Shown piece by piece: positions 1 through 10,231 of a stretch of DNA of 64,000 bases. Position numbers and translations under genes: made by a program. This stretch comes from Nitrospirota bacterium (GTDB lineage Bacteria; Nitrospirota; UBA9217), in NCBI GenBank assembly GCA_029858565.1, contig JAOUEV010000002.1, positions 32,001-96,000 of the forward strand. Reading direction: 5' to 3'. Within the stretch, counting starts at the first letter, position 1, and the number at the start of each line of letters is the position of its first letter. Below the pieces are notes generated by a model, which was given only the letters and a program-made list of their open reading frames with translations, made no database searches and was not told the origin of the DNA.

Positions 1-24
1 GACCCTGCCCGGGCTGTTTTTTGT

Positions 25-53
25 TTGACAGCCCCCGATGTCTACCTTAATAT
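25..53 (+). promoter_or_regulatory. sigma70-type promoter TTGACA-17-TAATAT
   Basis: Perfect -35 at 25-30, 4/6 -10 at 48-53; in-frame GTG at 61 lies 7 nt downstream. Confidence 0.55.
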
Positions 54-60
54 TCATTTC

Positions 61-381
61 GTGACCGACCCCACGCGGAACAATAATGATGAAGACTGGG
101 CCTTCGGGGACGTTTGGAAGCAGGGTTCTCCCGATGACACGGGAACCGGTGAACCGGTCCGCTTTATGGAGGTCCTGCGAGGGGACACGGGCAGGGGCTT
201 CGATGATTCCCTGATGCTGGACATGGTGGGATATCTCGGCTCCCTTGGCATCCGCGCCACCTATGACTCCTTCTCGCTCGGCATGGAGCCGGCGGCGATC
301 AACACCTATGTACTGAAGGTCGAGGAAGGGAAGGAAGAAGAAGCGGTCAGGCTGCTGAAAGAAAAAAGCAATATGGGGTAA
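61..381 (+). CDS. hypothetical acidic protein (probable GTG start at 61)
   Basis: ORF 25..381; the TTG at 25 is part of the -35 box, so GTG 61 is preferred; codon usage resembles neighbouring genes. Confidence 0.6.
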   Translation: MTDPTRNNNDEDWAFGDVWKQGSPDDTGTGEPVRFMEVLRGDTGRGFDDSLMLDMVGYLGSLGIRATYDSFSLGMEPAAINTYVLKVEEGKEEEAVRLLKEKSNMG

Positions 382-465
382 GCTGTAAGGGGTAAGGGGT
401 GGACAACAAGGAGCACACTGAAAACCTGCGTAATCCTTGATCCTATTTTTTATCATGGAGGCATC

Positions 466-939
466 ATGTCTGAAGAAAAGGAATTATCTGCGCTCGAAGG
501 CGACCTGGAGCAGTATAAGTCGAAGATCTCCCAGGTGAACAAGGCGACGCTCACCTGGGACAAGGATCTCATCTTCATCGGCCGGACGAACCGGGGGTAT
601 GAGATCGAGTTCGATGCCGCCCAGCAGTGGGGCTGCTCTCCCACCGAGAGCCTGCTGCTCTCGGTCGCGGGATGCATGGGCATCGACATGGTCTCGTTCC
701 TCAAGAAGATGAAGTGCGAGATCAAGACGTACAAGATGGACATCATGGGCGAACGGAACCCCACGCCGCCGCAGTATTACACCTCCATCGAGATGGTCAT
801 CTCGGTCACGGGCTCGGGGTTGACGGCCAAAAAGCTCGAGCGGGCCGCGGCCCTGTCCCATGAAAAGTACTGCTCGGTCTACCATACCTTGCGCAAGGAC
901 ATCAACGTGAAGGTGGATTACACGTTCGAGAACACCTGA
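466..939 (+). CDS. OsmC/YhfA family protein
   Basis: SPTESLLLSVAGC and EKYCSV motifs with the two conserved Cys; GGAGG RBS. Confidence 0.9.
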   Translation: MSEEKELSALEGDLEQYKSKISQVNKATLTWDKDLIFIGRTNRGYEIEFDAAQQWGCSPTESLLLSVAGCMGIDMVSFLKKMKCEIKTYKMDIMGERNPTPPQYYTSIEMVISVTGSGLTAKKLERAAALSHEKYCSVYHTLRKDINVKVDYTFENT

Positions 940-940
940 C

Positions 941-2068
941 GTGGCCACTGTCCGCCTTCTAAAGAACGGCGCCGAGGTCTTTCCGGCGATGCTCAACGCG
1001 ATCGATGAGGCCCGCGCGTCGATCGTGCTGGAAATGTACATTTTCTCCGATGATGGGACCGGGCGCGAGGTGCGATCGCACCTTTCCCGCGCAGCTGCCA
1101 GAGGCGTGGAGGTGCGGGTCCTTGTGGACGCCGTCGGTTCCTGGGCCCTTTCCGAGGGATTCTGGGATGAACTGACCGGCGCGGGCGGCCAGGTGAAAGC
1201 TTTCCGCCCCATGTCCAGCGGCCTCTTTGTGTTCCGCAATCACCGCAAGCTGCTGCTGGTCGACGACCGGCTCGCGTTCATCGGCGGATTGAACATATCG
1301 GACGAGTATTATGCCGGCCGGGACGGCGAGGCACCATGGCGGGACAATGCCCTGGAAATCACCGGCTACGAGCTGGTGCGACTCCGCCGGTCCTTCAGCA
1401 GGATGTGGCTCCGCGCAGATCTTCCGGTGAGCACGACGCGGCTTATCATGCGCCGGTCCTACGGCTTGCGGCCGCGGCCCGGCCAGCGGATCCGCTTCCT
1501 GGAGAGCGGCCCCGAGGACCCGCTGCACTCTGTTCGCAAGGGATATCGGCAGATCATCGGGGACGCTACGGGGTCCATCGACCTGGCCATGGGATACTTC
1601 TTTCCCCACGGCAGGCTGCTCCGGGCGCTCAAACGCGCCGCGCGTCACGGTATCCGCGTACGGGTGCTTCTGACGCAGCGCAGCGATGTGCCGCTGGCCC
1701 GGTGGGCCGCGCGGGGGCTCTACGGGAAGATGCTGCGGGCGGGCATCGAGATCTGGGAATACCGGCCGGCCATGCTGCACGCCAAACTGGCGATCATCGA
1801 CGACACGGTGATCACCGGTTCCGCGAACCTCGACATCCGCAGCGGCCGGATCAATTATGAGCTGGTGACCGTGGTACGGAACGAGGCCCTTGCAGGCCAG
1901 GCGCGCGCTGATTTCGAGGCCGATCTGCTGGAGTCCGACCGGATCGAGATAACTGCATGGAGGGAGCGCCCTCCCGGCCAGCGCTTCAAGGAATGGATCA
2001 GCGCCTGGATCGTGGCGCGGCTTGATATTTTTTTCGCCCGCGCGGAGATGGCGCGGTTGATGAGATGA
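941..2068 (+). CDS. clsB: cardiolipin synthase (ClsB-like, phospholipase D family)
   Basis: Two HKD motifs (HRKLLLVD, HAKLAIID); N-terminus VRLLKNGAEVFPAML without TM helices. Confidence 0.85.
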   Translation: MATVRLLKNGAEVFPAMLNAIDEARASIVLEMYIFSDDGTGREVRSHLSRAAARGVEVRVLVDAVGSWALSEGFWDELTGAGGQVKAFRPMSSGLFVFRNHRKLLLVDDRLAFIGGLNISDEYYAGRDGEAPWRDNALEITGYELVRLRRSFSRMWLRADLPVSTTRLIMRRSYGLRPRPGQRIRFLESGPEDPLHSVRKGYRQIIGDATGSIDLAMGYFFPHGRLLRALKRAARHGIRVRVLLTQRSDVPLARWAARGLYGKMLRAGIEIWEYRPAMLHAKLAIIDDTVITGSANLDIRSGRINYELVTVVRNEALAGQARADFEADLLESDRIEITAWRERPPGQRFKEWISAWIVARLDIFFARAEMARLMR

Positions 2069-2072
2069 TACA

Positions 2073-2107
2073 ATTGCGGATTTCGGATTGTAGATTGCGG
2101 ATTGTAT
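2073..2107. repeat. heptamer tandem array (ATTGCGG-type x5)
   Basis: ATTGCGG ATTTCGG ATTGTAG ATTGCGG ATTGTAT directly after the clsB stop. Confidence 0.85.
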
Positions 2108-2118
2108 AGGAGGATAAC

Positions 2119-2691
2119 TTGAAAGTAAAAGGTACCAAGACCGAGAAGAACCTGCTTGCTGCTTTTGCCGGAGAATCGCAGGCGCGGAACCGATACACCT
2201 TCTTTGCGAGCACCGCGAAGAAAGAAGGCTTTGAGCAGATCGCGGCGATATTCCTTGAGACCGCTGAGAACGAGAAGGAACATGCCAAGCGGTTCTTCAA
2301 GTTCCTTGAAGGCGGCATGGCGGAGATCACCGCGACCTTCCCCGCGGGCAGGATCGGCACCACTGCGGAGAACCTGGAAGCTTCGGCCGCGGGCGAACAC
2401 GAGGAGTGGAAGGACCTCTATCCGGGATTTGCCAGAGTGGCCGAGTCGGAAGGGTTTCCCGAGATCGCGACCGCCTTCCGGTACATCGCCTCGGTCGAGG
2501 TGGAGCATGAGAAGCGCTATCGCAAGCTGCTCGAGAATCTGCGGCAAGGGAAGGTTTTCAAGAAGGACGCGTCAGCATCCTGGAAGTGCCGGAATTGCGG
2601 GTATCACATGAACGGGCAGGAACCGCCCGACGTCTGCCCCTCCTGCCTCCATCCAAAGGATTATTTCGAGCTGAATGCGGAGAACTATTGA
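2119..2691 (+). CDS. rbr: rubrerythrin
   Basis: [16 protein letters not shown] and EVEH diiron motifs; C-terminal rubredoxin CRNCG...CPSC; AGGAGG RBS before TTG. Confidence 0.95.
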   Translation: MKVKGTKTEKNLLAAFAGESQARNRYTFFASTAKKEGFEQIAAIFLETAENEKEHAKRFFKFLEGGMAEITATFPAGRIGTTAENLEASAAGEHEEWKDLYPGFARVAESEGFPEIATAFRYIASVEVEHEKRYRKLLENLRQGKVFKKDASASWKCRNCGYHMNGQEPPDVCPSCLHPKDYFELNAENY

Positions 2692-2722
2692 TGCCCTTTC
2701 GGTGCGGCGGAAGATTTCCCTC

Positions 2723-2752
2723 TTGCAATGAACATGCGCTTCTCCCTATAAT
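2723..2752 (+). promoter_or_regulatory. sigma70 promoter TTGCAA-18-TATAAT
   Basis: Near-consensus boxes upstream of the AAGGAGG RBS of the 2779 gene. Confidence 0.6.
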
Positions 2753-2778
2753 GCCCCATTGGGATTTAAGGAGGTTGT

Positions 2779-3117
2779 ATGGCGATGACGGTAGAAATGG
2801 AATATAAGGTCAAAGAGGCGCCTGTCTGCCCCCACTGCAAGGGTACGATGGAAAAGATGGATTCGCGCCACCTGGACTGGGGGACCACGTTCCTCTGGGT
2901 CTGCTTCAACAATAACTGCACCTTCTTCATGAAGGGCTGGAAGCACATGATGGACACCTATGGCCAGCTGGTCTCGTACCGGTACATGGTCACGCCTGAC
3001 AACGGCACCCAGGGTGTGGTCCCGGCTTTCAGCCATGAGTATCTCCAGACGCACGGGAAGACCAGGAACAGGTTCATGGAGTCCGATGTCCCGGTGGATG
3101 GAGGGGACGAAGAGTAA
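2779..3117 (+). CDS. zinc-ribbon-like conserved hypothetical protein
   Basis: CPHC...CFNNNC Cys pattern; has its own promoter, RBS and terminator. Confidence 0.75.
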   Translation: MAMTVEMEYKVKEAPVCPHCKGTMEKMDSRHLDWGTTFLWVCFNNNCTFFMKGWKHMMDTYGQLVSYRYMVTPDNGTQGVVPAFSHEYLQTHGKTRNRFMESDVPVDGGDEE

Positions 3118-3147
3118 CTCGGTCGTTCGGCGTGAACAGCAATGACG

Positions 3148-3185
3148 AAGCCCCTGGTGGACCAATCCCGCCAGGGGCTTTTTTT
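3148..3185 (+). terminator. Rho-independent terminator
   Basis: AAGCCCCTGG...CCAGGGGCTT stem followed by a T run. Confidence 0.85.
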
Positions 3186-3312
3186 CACGATGAGGTGTTG
3201 CACCGGTGTGTTGCCGGAAGCGATGATGCGTGCCTGTCAGCTCGCCGGTGACAGGGGGAAAAGAGTATCGATACGCTTCTTTCTGTGTCTCAGCTGTTTG
3301 CGGCGTGGAGCT

Positions 3313-6006
3313 TTACTCGCCGGAGCTTTTGTCTGCCGCTGCCACCTGCACTGCGCAGACCTTCAGCTCGGGGATCTTGACCGTTGGGTCGAGTGCGTCG
3401 TTGGTGATCACGTTCGCCGCTGCCTCGGCGTAATGCATGGGGATGAAGATCGTGCCGGGCGGCACCATAGCCGAGATCCTGGCTGAGATCTCGATCACCC
3501 CGCGTTTCGAACGGACCTTCACTTTCCCGCCGTCCCTGATCTCCAGACGCACTGCATCCGCCTCGTTGATCTCCGCATAGGCCTTGCCGGCACGCTTCTC
3601 GATCGGCTCCACCCGCCGGGTCATGGAACCGGAGTGGTACTGATAGAGGTTCCTGCCCGTTGTCAGCACAAAGGGATATTCGTCGCTTGTTACCTCGGCG
3701 GGCTCCCGGTACTCCACCGGCACGAAGGGCACCCTGCCTTTGGGGAACCCGTCCTTGTACAGGAACTCGGTTCCGGGGTGATCGGGCGCTGGGCAGGGCC
3801 AGGCAATGCCCCGGGATTTGATGCGTTCATAGGATATCCCTGACAGAGCCGGCCAGAGCCTGCGGAATTCCTCGAACACCAGCTCGGGAGACCGGTACTC
3901 CATGGGGTATCCGAGATGGCGCGACAGGGCCATGATGATCGACAGGTCGTCCCAGGCGTCTCCCGGCGGATTCACCGCTTTGCGCACGCGCTGGACCCTC
4001 CGGTCGGTATTCGTGAAGGTGCCTTCCTTTTCATAGGAGCAGGCGGCAGGCAGGACCACGTGCGCGTATTTCGCGGTCTCGGTCATGAAGATGTCCTGCA
4101 CCACCAGGAACTCAAGATCCTGAAGCGCCTTGATCGTGTGGTGCTGGTTGGGGTCGGTCAGGACCGGGTTCTCGCCCATGATATAGAGCGCCTTGAGCCT
4201 GCCGTCGGCCGCGGCATTGATCATCTCGGTGGTGGTGAGGCCGGGCTTCGGCGGAAGCGTCACGCCCCAGGCTTCCTCGAACTTTTTCCGCACCGCGGGA
4301 TCATCCACCTTCTGGTATCCCGGGAATACGTTGGGCGCGCAGGCGGCGTCCGATGCCCCCTGTACATTGTTCTGGCCCCGGAGCGGGTTCACGCCGGTGT
4401 GGGGTCTGCCGATATTGCCGGTGAGGGTAGCCAGGTTCGCGATGGCCTTCACGTTGTCGGTGCCGCAGGTATGCTGGGTAATGCCCATGGTGTAGAAGAT
4501 CCCGGCCGTGCGCGACGCGCCGTAGATCCTTGCCGCACGGATGATGTCGTCCTTTGCAACGCCGGTGATGCGGCTGACCCGTTCCGGCGTGAAGTCCCGG
4601 ACCGCGTCCTTCCATGCCTCATAGCCTTCGGTCTTGTCCCGGATGAAATCGTCGTTGCGCAGCCCCTCGTCGGAGATCACCTTCGCCATGCCGTTCAGGA
4701 GCGCCACGTCCGTGCCCGGCCGGAGCGGCAGGTACAGCTCGCTGAACTTCGTCATGGGAACCCGGCGCGGGTCGGCAACGATGATCTTCGCGCCTTTCCG
4801 GAACGCCTTGATCATGCGGTTCGCGATGACCGGGTGGGTCTCCTTGGTGTTCGAGCCGATGATGAACAGGACCTCCATGCCCTCGATCTCACGGATCGAG
4901 TTCGTCATGGCTCCTGAACCGAAGATGGCGGCCAGACCGGCCACCGTGGGGGAGTGTCAGAGCCGCGCGCAGTGGTCCACGTTGTTCGTGCCGACCCCCG
5001 CGCGCAGCAGCTTCTGGAACAGGTAGTTCTCTTCGTTCGTGCACCGTGCCGAGGAAAGTCCGCCGATCGCGTCCGGCCCGCGCTCCTCCCGGATCTTTTT
5101 GAGCCAGGCAGAAACATACTCAAGCGCAGCGGTCCAGGAGGTCTCTTCGAAATTGCCGCTGGCCCGCCGGATGAGCGGTTTGGTAAGGCGCTCGGGGCTC
5201 TTCACAAAGGGATAGCCGAACCTTCCCTTGACGCACAGGAGCCCCTCGTTCCAGGCCCAGGGTTTCGATGATATCCTGATGATCTCGTTGTTCCTGGCGT
5301 GGACCGTGATGTTGCAGCCTGTTCCGCAGTAGGGGCAGACCGTCTCGGTCTCCCTGACGCCTTCGTACCGGCCTTTTCCTTTCCAGAGTTTTCCCGTGAG
5401 AGCGCCGGTGGGACAGACCGAGACGCACTGTCCGCAGAATTCGCAGTCAAGGTCGTCCTCAAAAGGGGTGGTGATCTTTGCCTTGAACCCGCGGTATCCG
5501 AAGTCAATGGCCTCCACGCCCTGCACTTCGTCGCAGATCTTGACGCACCGGCCGCAGAGAATGCATTTCTCCAGGTCGCGCTCGATAAAGGGGTTCCCGT
5601 CGCGCTTGGAATAGATCCTGCGCTCGCCGGGATAGCGTTCTCCCTTCACCCCATAGGTGTAGGCAAGTTCCTGGAGCTGGCAGCTGCCGGTCGCCTGGCA
5701 GGTCATGCAGTCGTTGGGATGGTCGGACAATATCAGCTCCAGCACGAACCTGCGGTGCTCTTCGAGCCGGGGGGTCATGGTCGTCACTTCCATGCCCTCG
5801 GTCACCGGCGTGGTGCACGACGCGATCGGACGGGGCAGGCCCTTTACCTCGACCACGCAGAGCCTGCAGCCGCCGAAGGGCGTGAGCTGGGGATGGCGGC
5901 AGAGGTTCGGGATCGCGATGCCATGGCGGTTCGCCGCCTCCATCACCGTGAGGTTGTCCGGGACGGTAAGTGCTTTCCCGTTTATGGTTATGGTCACCAT
6001 TGCCAT
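3313..6006 (-). CDS. fdhF: selenocysteine-containing formate dehydrogenase alpha subunit (897 aa, U350) with N-terminal NuoG/HydA-like Fe-S module
   Basis: ORFs 4957..6216 and 3313..4944 are in frame across TGA 4957-4959, reading [28 protein letters not shown]; also CPYCGTGC...LCVKGRFG, PLRGQNNVQGA and a C-terminal molybdopterin-binding domain; start MAMVTITING at 6006. Confidence 0.95.
4927..4945 (-). promoter_or_regulatory. bacterial SECIS hairpin of fdh
   Basis: GGUGGCC-GGUCU-GGCCGCC stem-loop starting 11 nt 3' of the UGA; loop resembles the E. coli fdhF SECIS apex. Confidence 0.85.
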
Positions 6007-6011
6007 AGGAT

Positions 6012-7790
6012 CTACTCCCGCTCCACCGCGCCGAACTTGCACACATCGAAACAGGCGCCGCAGCGCACACACTTTGCCGGGTCGATCTTGTGGGGTTTCT
6101 TCTTTTCCCCCGAGACCGCGCCTGAGGGGCAGGCCTTGAGGCAGGAGCCGCAGGCCTTGCATTTCGCCGCGTCGATGGAATAGGTCAGCAGCCCCTTGCA
6201 GACCTTGGCCGGGCACTTCCGGTCCCGGATATGAGCGTCGTACTCGTCACGGAAGTACTTGATCGTTGAAAGCACCGGATTCGGAGCGGTCTGACCCAGG
6301 CCGCAGAGCGACAGGGACTTGATGCCGCCGGACAGCTCCTCGAGCAGTTCGATATCGTTCGGGCTGCCCTTGCCCGAGGTGATCCGCTCCAGGGTTTCGA
6401 GCAGACGCTTGGTTCCCACGCGGCAGGGCACGCATTTGCCGCAGGACTCGGCCTGGGTGAACTGGACGAAGTACTTGGCAACGTTCACCATGCAGTCATC
6501 GGCATCGAGCACGATCATGCCGCCGGACCCGACGATGGACCCGGCCTTGGCAAGGGCCTCATAGTCCATGGTGATGTCCATCATGCTTGCCGGAATGCAG
6601 CCGCCCGAAGGCCCGCCGGTCTGGACCGCCTTGAAGGGCTTGCCGCTTTCGATGCCGCCGCCGATCTCCTCGATGATCTCCCGGAGCGTGATGCCCATGG
6701 GGACCTCGATCAGACCGGGATTCTTGATCTTGCCGGTGAGCGCGAAGACCTTGGTGCCTCTGGACCGTTCGGTCCCGAATCCCGCATACCACCCGCATCC
6801 GTTCCTGATGATGTGGGGGATGTTCGCAAGGGTCTCGACGTTATTGATCACCGTGGGTTTCTGCCACAGTCCTTTGTTCACCGGGAAGGGCGGTTTGGGC
6901 CGGGGCATTCCCCGCTGACCCTCGATGGAGGCAATGAGCGCGGTCTCCTCGCCGCAGACGAATGCGCCCGCGCCGAGCTTGATCTTGATATCGAAATCGA
7001 ACTTCGAACGGAAGATCCCTTTTCCCAGGTATCCCCGGGAGCGCGCCTGGTCCAGGGCCATCCTGAGCCGCTCGACCGCAAGGGGATATTCGGCCCGGAT
7101 GTACACATAGCCGTGGCCGGCCTGGATGGCGTAGGCGCCGATGATCATGCCTTCGATCACGGCGTGGGGGCTGCCCTCGATCACCGCCCGGTCCATGAAC
7201 GCGCCGGGATCGCCCTCGTCGGCGTTGCAGATGATGTACTTGACGTCGCTCTTCGCTTTTCTGCCGAGCTCCCATTTGAGCCCGGTCGGGAATCCAGCGC
7301 CTCCCCGGCCCCGAAGGCCGGACATCTTGATCTCCTCGATAATCTCTTCAGGGGTGCGGGACGCAAGCACATCCCGGGCGGCCTCGTAGCCTTTTACCGA
7401 TTCATAGGCATCAATGCTCTCGGGATCGATCCTTCCGCAGTCCGCGAGCACGACCTTCACCTGTTTCCTGTAGAACGAATCATAGGCCGCGTCAACAAGC
7501 CAATCCTTCACGACCTTGCCGCCGATGAGGTGCTCCTGCACGATGCGGGCGACCATGTCGGGCTTCACATACTGATACACGGTCTTGGTCCCGTCCCGAT
7601 GCACCTCCACCAGCACGTCCCGGGCGCAGAGGCCGAGACAGCCGACCTGATGGGAAGAGCAGTTCTCCAGCACCTTCGCGGCGACCTGTGTCCGTCCCAG
7701 CTCCGCATTGAAGGCGTCGAGGACCTGCTTGCCGCCGGCGGCGATCCCCGCCGGGCCCATGCAGACGCGTATGATCATGTGGGGATTCAA
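6012..7790 (-). CDS. NADH/FMN-binding HydB/NuoF-like subunit
   Basis: SGLRGRGGAGFPTG, NADEGDPGAFMDR, GAGAFVCGEETAL, ESCGKCVPCRVG; N-terminal thioredoxin-like 2Fe-2S domain and C-terminal 2x[4Fe-4S] domain. Confidence 0.92.
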   Translation of the reverse strand: MNPHMIIRVCMGPAGIAAGGKQVLDAFNAELGRTQVAAKVLENCSSHQVGCLGLCARDVLVEVHRDGTKTVYQYVKPDMVARIVQEHLIGGKVVKDWLVDAAYDSFYRKQVKVVLADCGRIDPESIDAYESVKGYEAARDVLASRTPEEIIEEIKMSGLRGRGGAGFPTGLKWELGRKAKSDVKYIICNADEGDPGAFMDRAVIEGSPHAVIEGMIIGAYAIQAGHGYVYIRAEYPLAVERLRMALDQARSRGYLGKGIFRSKFDFDIKIKLGAGAFVCGEETALIASIEGQRGMPRPKPPFPVNKGLWQKPTVINNVETLANIPHIIRNGCGWYAGFGTERSRGTKVFALTGKIKNPGLIEVPMGITLREIIEEIGGGIESGKPFKAVQTGGPSGGCIPASMMDITMDYEALAKAGSIVGSGGMIVLDADDCMVNVAKYFVQFTQAESCGKCVPCRVGTKRLLETLERITSGKGSPNDIELLEELSGGIKSLSLCGLGQTAPNPVLSTIKYFRDEYDAHIRDRKCPAKVCKGLLTYSIDAAKCKACGSCLKACPSGAVSGEKKKPHKIDPAKCVRCGACFDVCKFGAVERE

Positions 7791-8248
7791 ATCTTTTTCC
7801 TCAGGTTCTTGATCTCCCGGATGGCTATATCGGTGGTGGCCTTGCCGTGGACCGCGCCGTCCACGAGCACGACGGGCGCGAAACTGCAGAAGCCGAGACA
7901 GGCGACCTTGTCGAGCGTTATCAGGCCGTCATCAGTGGTGTCCTGTTCGCCCGCGAGGTGCAGCTCGCGTTGGATGCCGCTGATGATGCGGTCCGCGCCC
8001 CGCACATGGCAGGCCGTACCGCAGCAGGCCGTCACCTTGTGCCTGCCCACGGGCTTGAGGCGGAACTGGGCGTAGAAGGTGGCGACGCCGTAGAAGCGGC
8101 TCGCTGCTATGCCGAGCTCGCGGGAGAAAAGCATTACCGCATCCCGGGGAATGTAACCAAAGGCTTCCTGGGTGTCCTGGAGAAGGGAGATGATGTTGCC
8201 GCCGGTCTCCCGGTGGCGTTCGATGAGTTCGCGCAGTCTTGATTCCAT
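7787..8248 (-). CDS. HydC/NuoE-like 2Fe-2S subunit
   Basis: YGVATFYAQF, CCGTACHVRG, ACLGFC...AP motifs; 4-nt overlap with the NuoF-like gene. Confidence 0.92.
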   Translation of the reverse strand: MESRLRELIERHRETGGNIISLLQDTQEAFGYIPRDAVMLFSRELGIAASRFYGVATFYAQFRLKPVGRHKVTACCGTACHVRGADRIISGIQRELHLAGEQDTTDDGLITLDKVACLGFCSFAPVVLVDGAVHGKATTDIAIREIKNLRKKI

Positions 8249-8452
8249 AAGAATTATTTATGTGACGATTAATAGTACCATGGCTGGAGTAAATACAAAA
8301 GAAAAAGTCACTTATTTACACATGTTCGCTGTTTTGAATATATATTCCGAGACAGCATAACTTATGTAGCCGCAGTTTTACCCAGCGTCTTCCTGCGAGG
8401 CATGTTGATGGGGGCGCTGCTGCCGGAATGGTGTATTATCGACCCTTTCCAT

Positions 8453-8481
8453 TTGACCGTCATGGTCATACAGGTTATGAT
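8453..8481 (+). promoter_or_regulatory. sigma70 promoter TTGACC-17-TATGAT with overlapping TGACC-N5-GGTCA inverted repeat
   Basis: -35 at 8453-8458, -10 at 8476-8481, aor ATG 5 nt later; palindrome at 8454-8468. Confidence 0.65.
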
Positions 8482-8486
8482 TTCGA

Positions 8487-10178
8487 ATGAACGGATGGCA
8501 TGGAAAAATGCTGGTCGTGGACCTGTCAGCGCGAGCGGTTCATGATCAGCCGATCGCGCAGGAAACACTCGCCGCCTGGCTCGGCGGCAGGGGGCTTGGC
8601 GATCACCTGATGGCTGATCGCATCACCCTGGACCCCTTTGACGAGGAGATGCCGCTCTTGTTCAGCGTGGGTCCGCTCTGCGGCACCGCGGCCCCCACGT
8701 CGTCGCGCATGTCCGTGGTCTCCCGCTCTCCGCTCACGGGCACCATCTTCGACTCTTCCGTGGGCGGTCATCTGCCGCTCAAGCTCAAGCAGGCCGGGTA
8801 CGATTCGGTGATGATCATTGGCAAGGCAAGTTCACCGGTCTATCTCGCGATAACCGATGACGCGGCGGAGATCAGGGATGCAGCCCATCTCTGGGGCAAG
8901 GGCACCGGCGAAACGATCTCGGCGCTTGAAAAGGATGGCGAGGTCGCCTGCATCGGTCCGGCAGGGGAAAGGCTCGCGCTGATCTCGAACATCATGATCG
9001 GCACGGGCAATTCCGTGGGCCGCGGCGGCATGGGCGCTGTCATGGGCTCCAAGAACCTCAAAGCGATCGTGGTAAAGGGCTCGAAGAAACCGTCGATAGC
9101 CGACGAGGGCATGTTCAAGAAGGCCTATGACGATGTGCTGCGGCTGCTGAAGGCGTCGCCCGTGGTCATGGGCGAACTGGGCCTTGCCGAGTACGGCACC
9201 GCGGCGCTCGTGGATATCGTGGACGAGCGCAGGATGACGCCGACCGAGAACTTCCGGAAGACCTATTTCCCTGCTGCCCATGCCTATTCCGGCCCGAGCC
9301 TCAGGAAGCTCTACGGTTCGAAAAAAGAAGGCTGCGCCATCTGTCCGATCCAGTGCAAGAAGGTCACGTCCTGCGGCAGGCCCATGCCTGAGTTCGAGAC
9401 CCTGTCGCACTTCGGCGCCTTGAACGGAAATGACGATCCCGAGTCCATTGTGAAGGCAAACCTGCTGTGCAACAATCTGGGACTGGACACCATATCGACA
9501 GCATCGACCATTGCCGCCTACGGCGAGTCCCGGGGCAGGTTCCTGGGCCCTGACGAGATCCTGGAGATGGTCAGGAAGATCGCTTATCGCGAGGGCGACG
9601 GGGACAAACTTGCGGAAGGTTCGAAGCGTTACTGCGAGTCCATATCCCACCCGGAATTTTCCATGACCGTGAAGGGCCTGGAGCTTCCTGCGTACGATCC
9701 TCGCGGCTCCTACGGCATGGCCCTGGCCTATGGCACCTCGAACCGCGGGGCCTGCCATTTGCGTGCCTATCCCATCAGTCAGGAGATCCTGCGAAAGCCT
9801 GTTGCGACCGACCGGTTCAGCTTCGACGGCAAGGCCCGGCTGATCAAGGTCTGCGAGGACACGAACGCGGTCATTGATTCGCTCGCGGTCTGCAAATTCG
9901 CCTTCCTTGGCGCGTCGGTCGAGGAATACGCGCAGCTGCTTGCTGCTGCCACGGGCAGGGAATACACCGGCCAGGAGCTTCTCAAGATCGGCGAACGCAT
10001 TATCGAGCGCGAGCGGCAGTATAACAGTATGAACGGGTTCTCGGAAAAGGACGATCTTCTTCCGGAGCGGTTCTTCACTGATGCGGGGAGCTCGGGCGAA
10101 GGCATCGATGTCCCGGCGATCGATAAGAAGCGTTATCAGGAGGAGATGGAGAAGTATTATAGGATCAGAAGGCAGTAG
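8487..10178 (+). CDS. aor: aldehyde:ferredoxin oxidoreductase (tungstopterin AOR family)
   Basis: WLGGRGLG, SPLTG, CIGPAGE, GRGGMGAVMGSKNLKAI, CAICPIQC, VKGLELPAYDPR, RGACH motifs. Confidence 0.93.
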   Translation: MNGWHGKMLVVDLSARAVHDQPIAQETLAAWLGGRGLGDHLMADRITLDPFDEEMPLLFSVGPLCGTAAPTSSRMSVVSRSPLTGTIFDSSVGGHLPLKLKQAGYDSVMIIGKASSPVYLAITDDAAEIRDAAHLWGKGTGETISALEKDGEVACIGPAGERLALISNIMIGTGNSVGRGGMGAVMGSKNLKAIVVKGSKKPSIADEGMFKKAYDDVLRLLKASPVVMGELGLAEYGTAALVDIVDERRMTPTENFRKTYFPAAHAYSGPSLRKLYGSKKEGCAICPIQCKKVTSCGRPMPEFETLSHFGALNGNDDPESIVKANLLCNNLGLDTISTASTIAAYGESRGRFLGPDEILEMVRKIAYREGDGDKLAEGSKRYCESISHPEFSMTVKGLELPAYDPRGSYGMALAYGTSNRGACHLRAYPISQEILRKPVATDRFSFDGKARLIKVCEDTNAVIDSLAVCKFAFLGASVEEYAQLLAAATGREYTGQELLKIGERIIERERQYNSMNGFSEKDDLLPERFFTDAGSSGEGIDVPAIDKKRYQEEMEKYYRIRRQ

Positions 10179-10216
10179 CCAGTAGCCGGTAGCCAGAACA
10201 CCTGGAAGCCAGAGGC
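10173..10216. repeat. heptamer tandem array (CAGTAGC-type)
   Basis: CAGTAGC CAGTAGC CGGTAGC CAGAACA overlapping and following the aor stop. Confidence 0.75.
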
Positions 10217-10231
10217 TTCAGCCTGCGGGGT

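Noticed and set aside
4945-4959. fdh alpha as a split gene or pseudogene
   Set aside because: Both halves are in frame, the TGA sits at the catalytic Cys/Sec position (CARL-U-H) and a SECIS hairpin follows.
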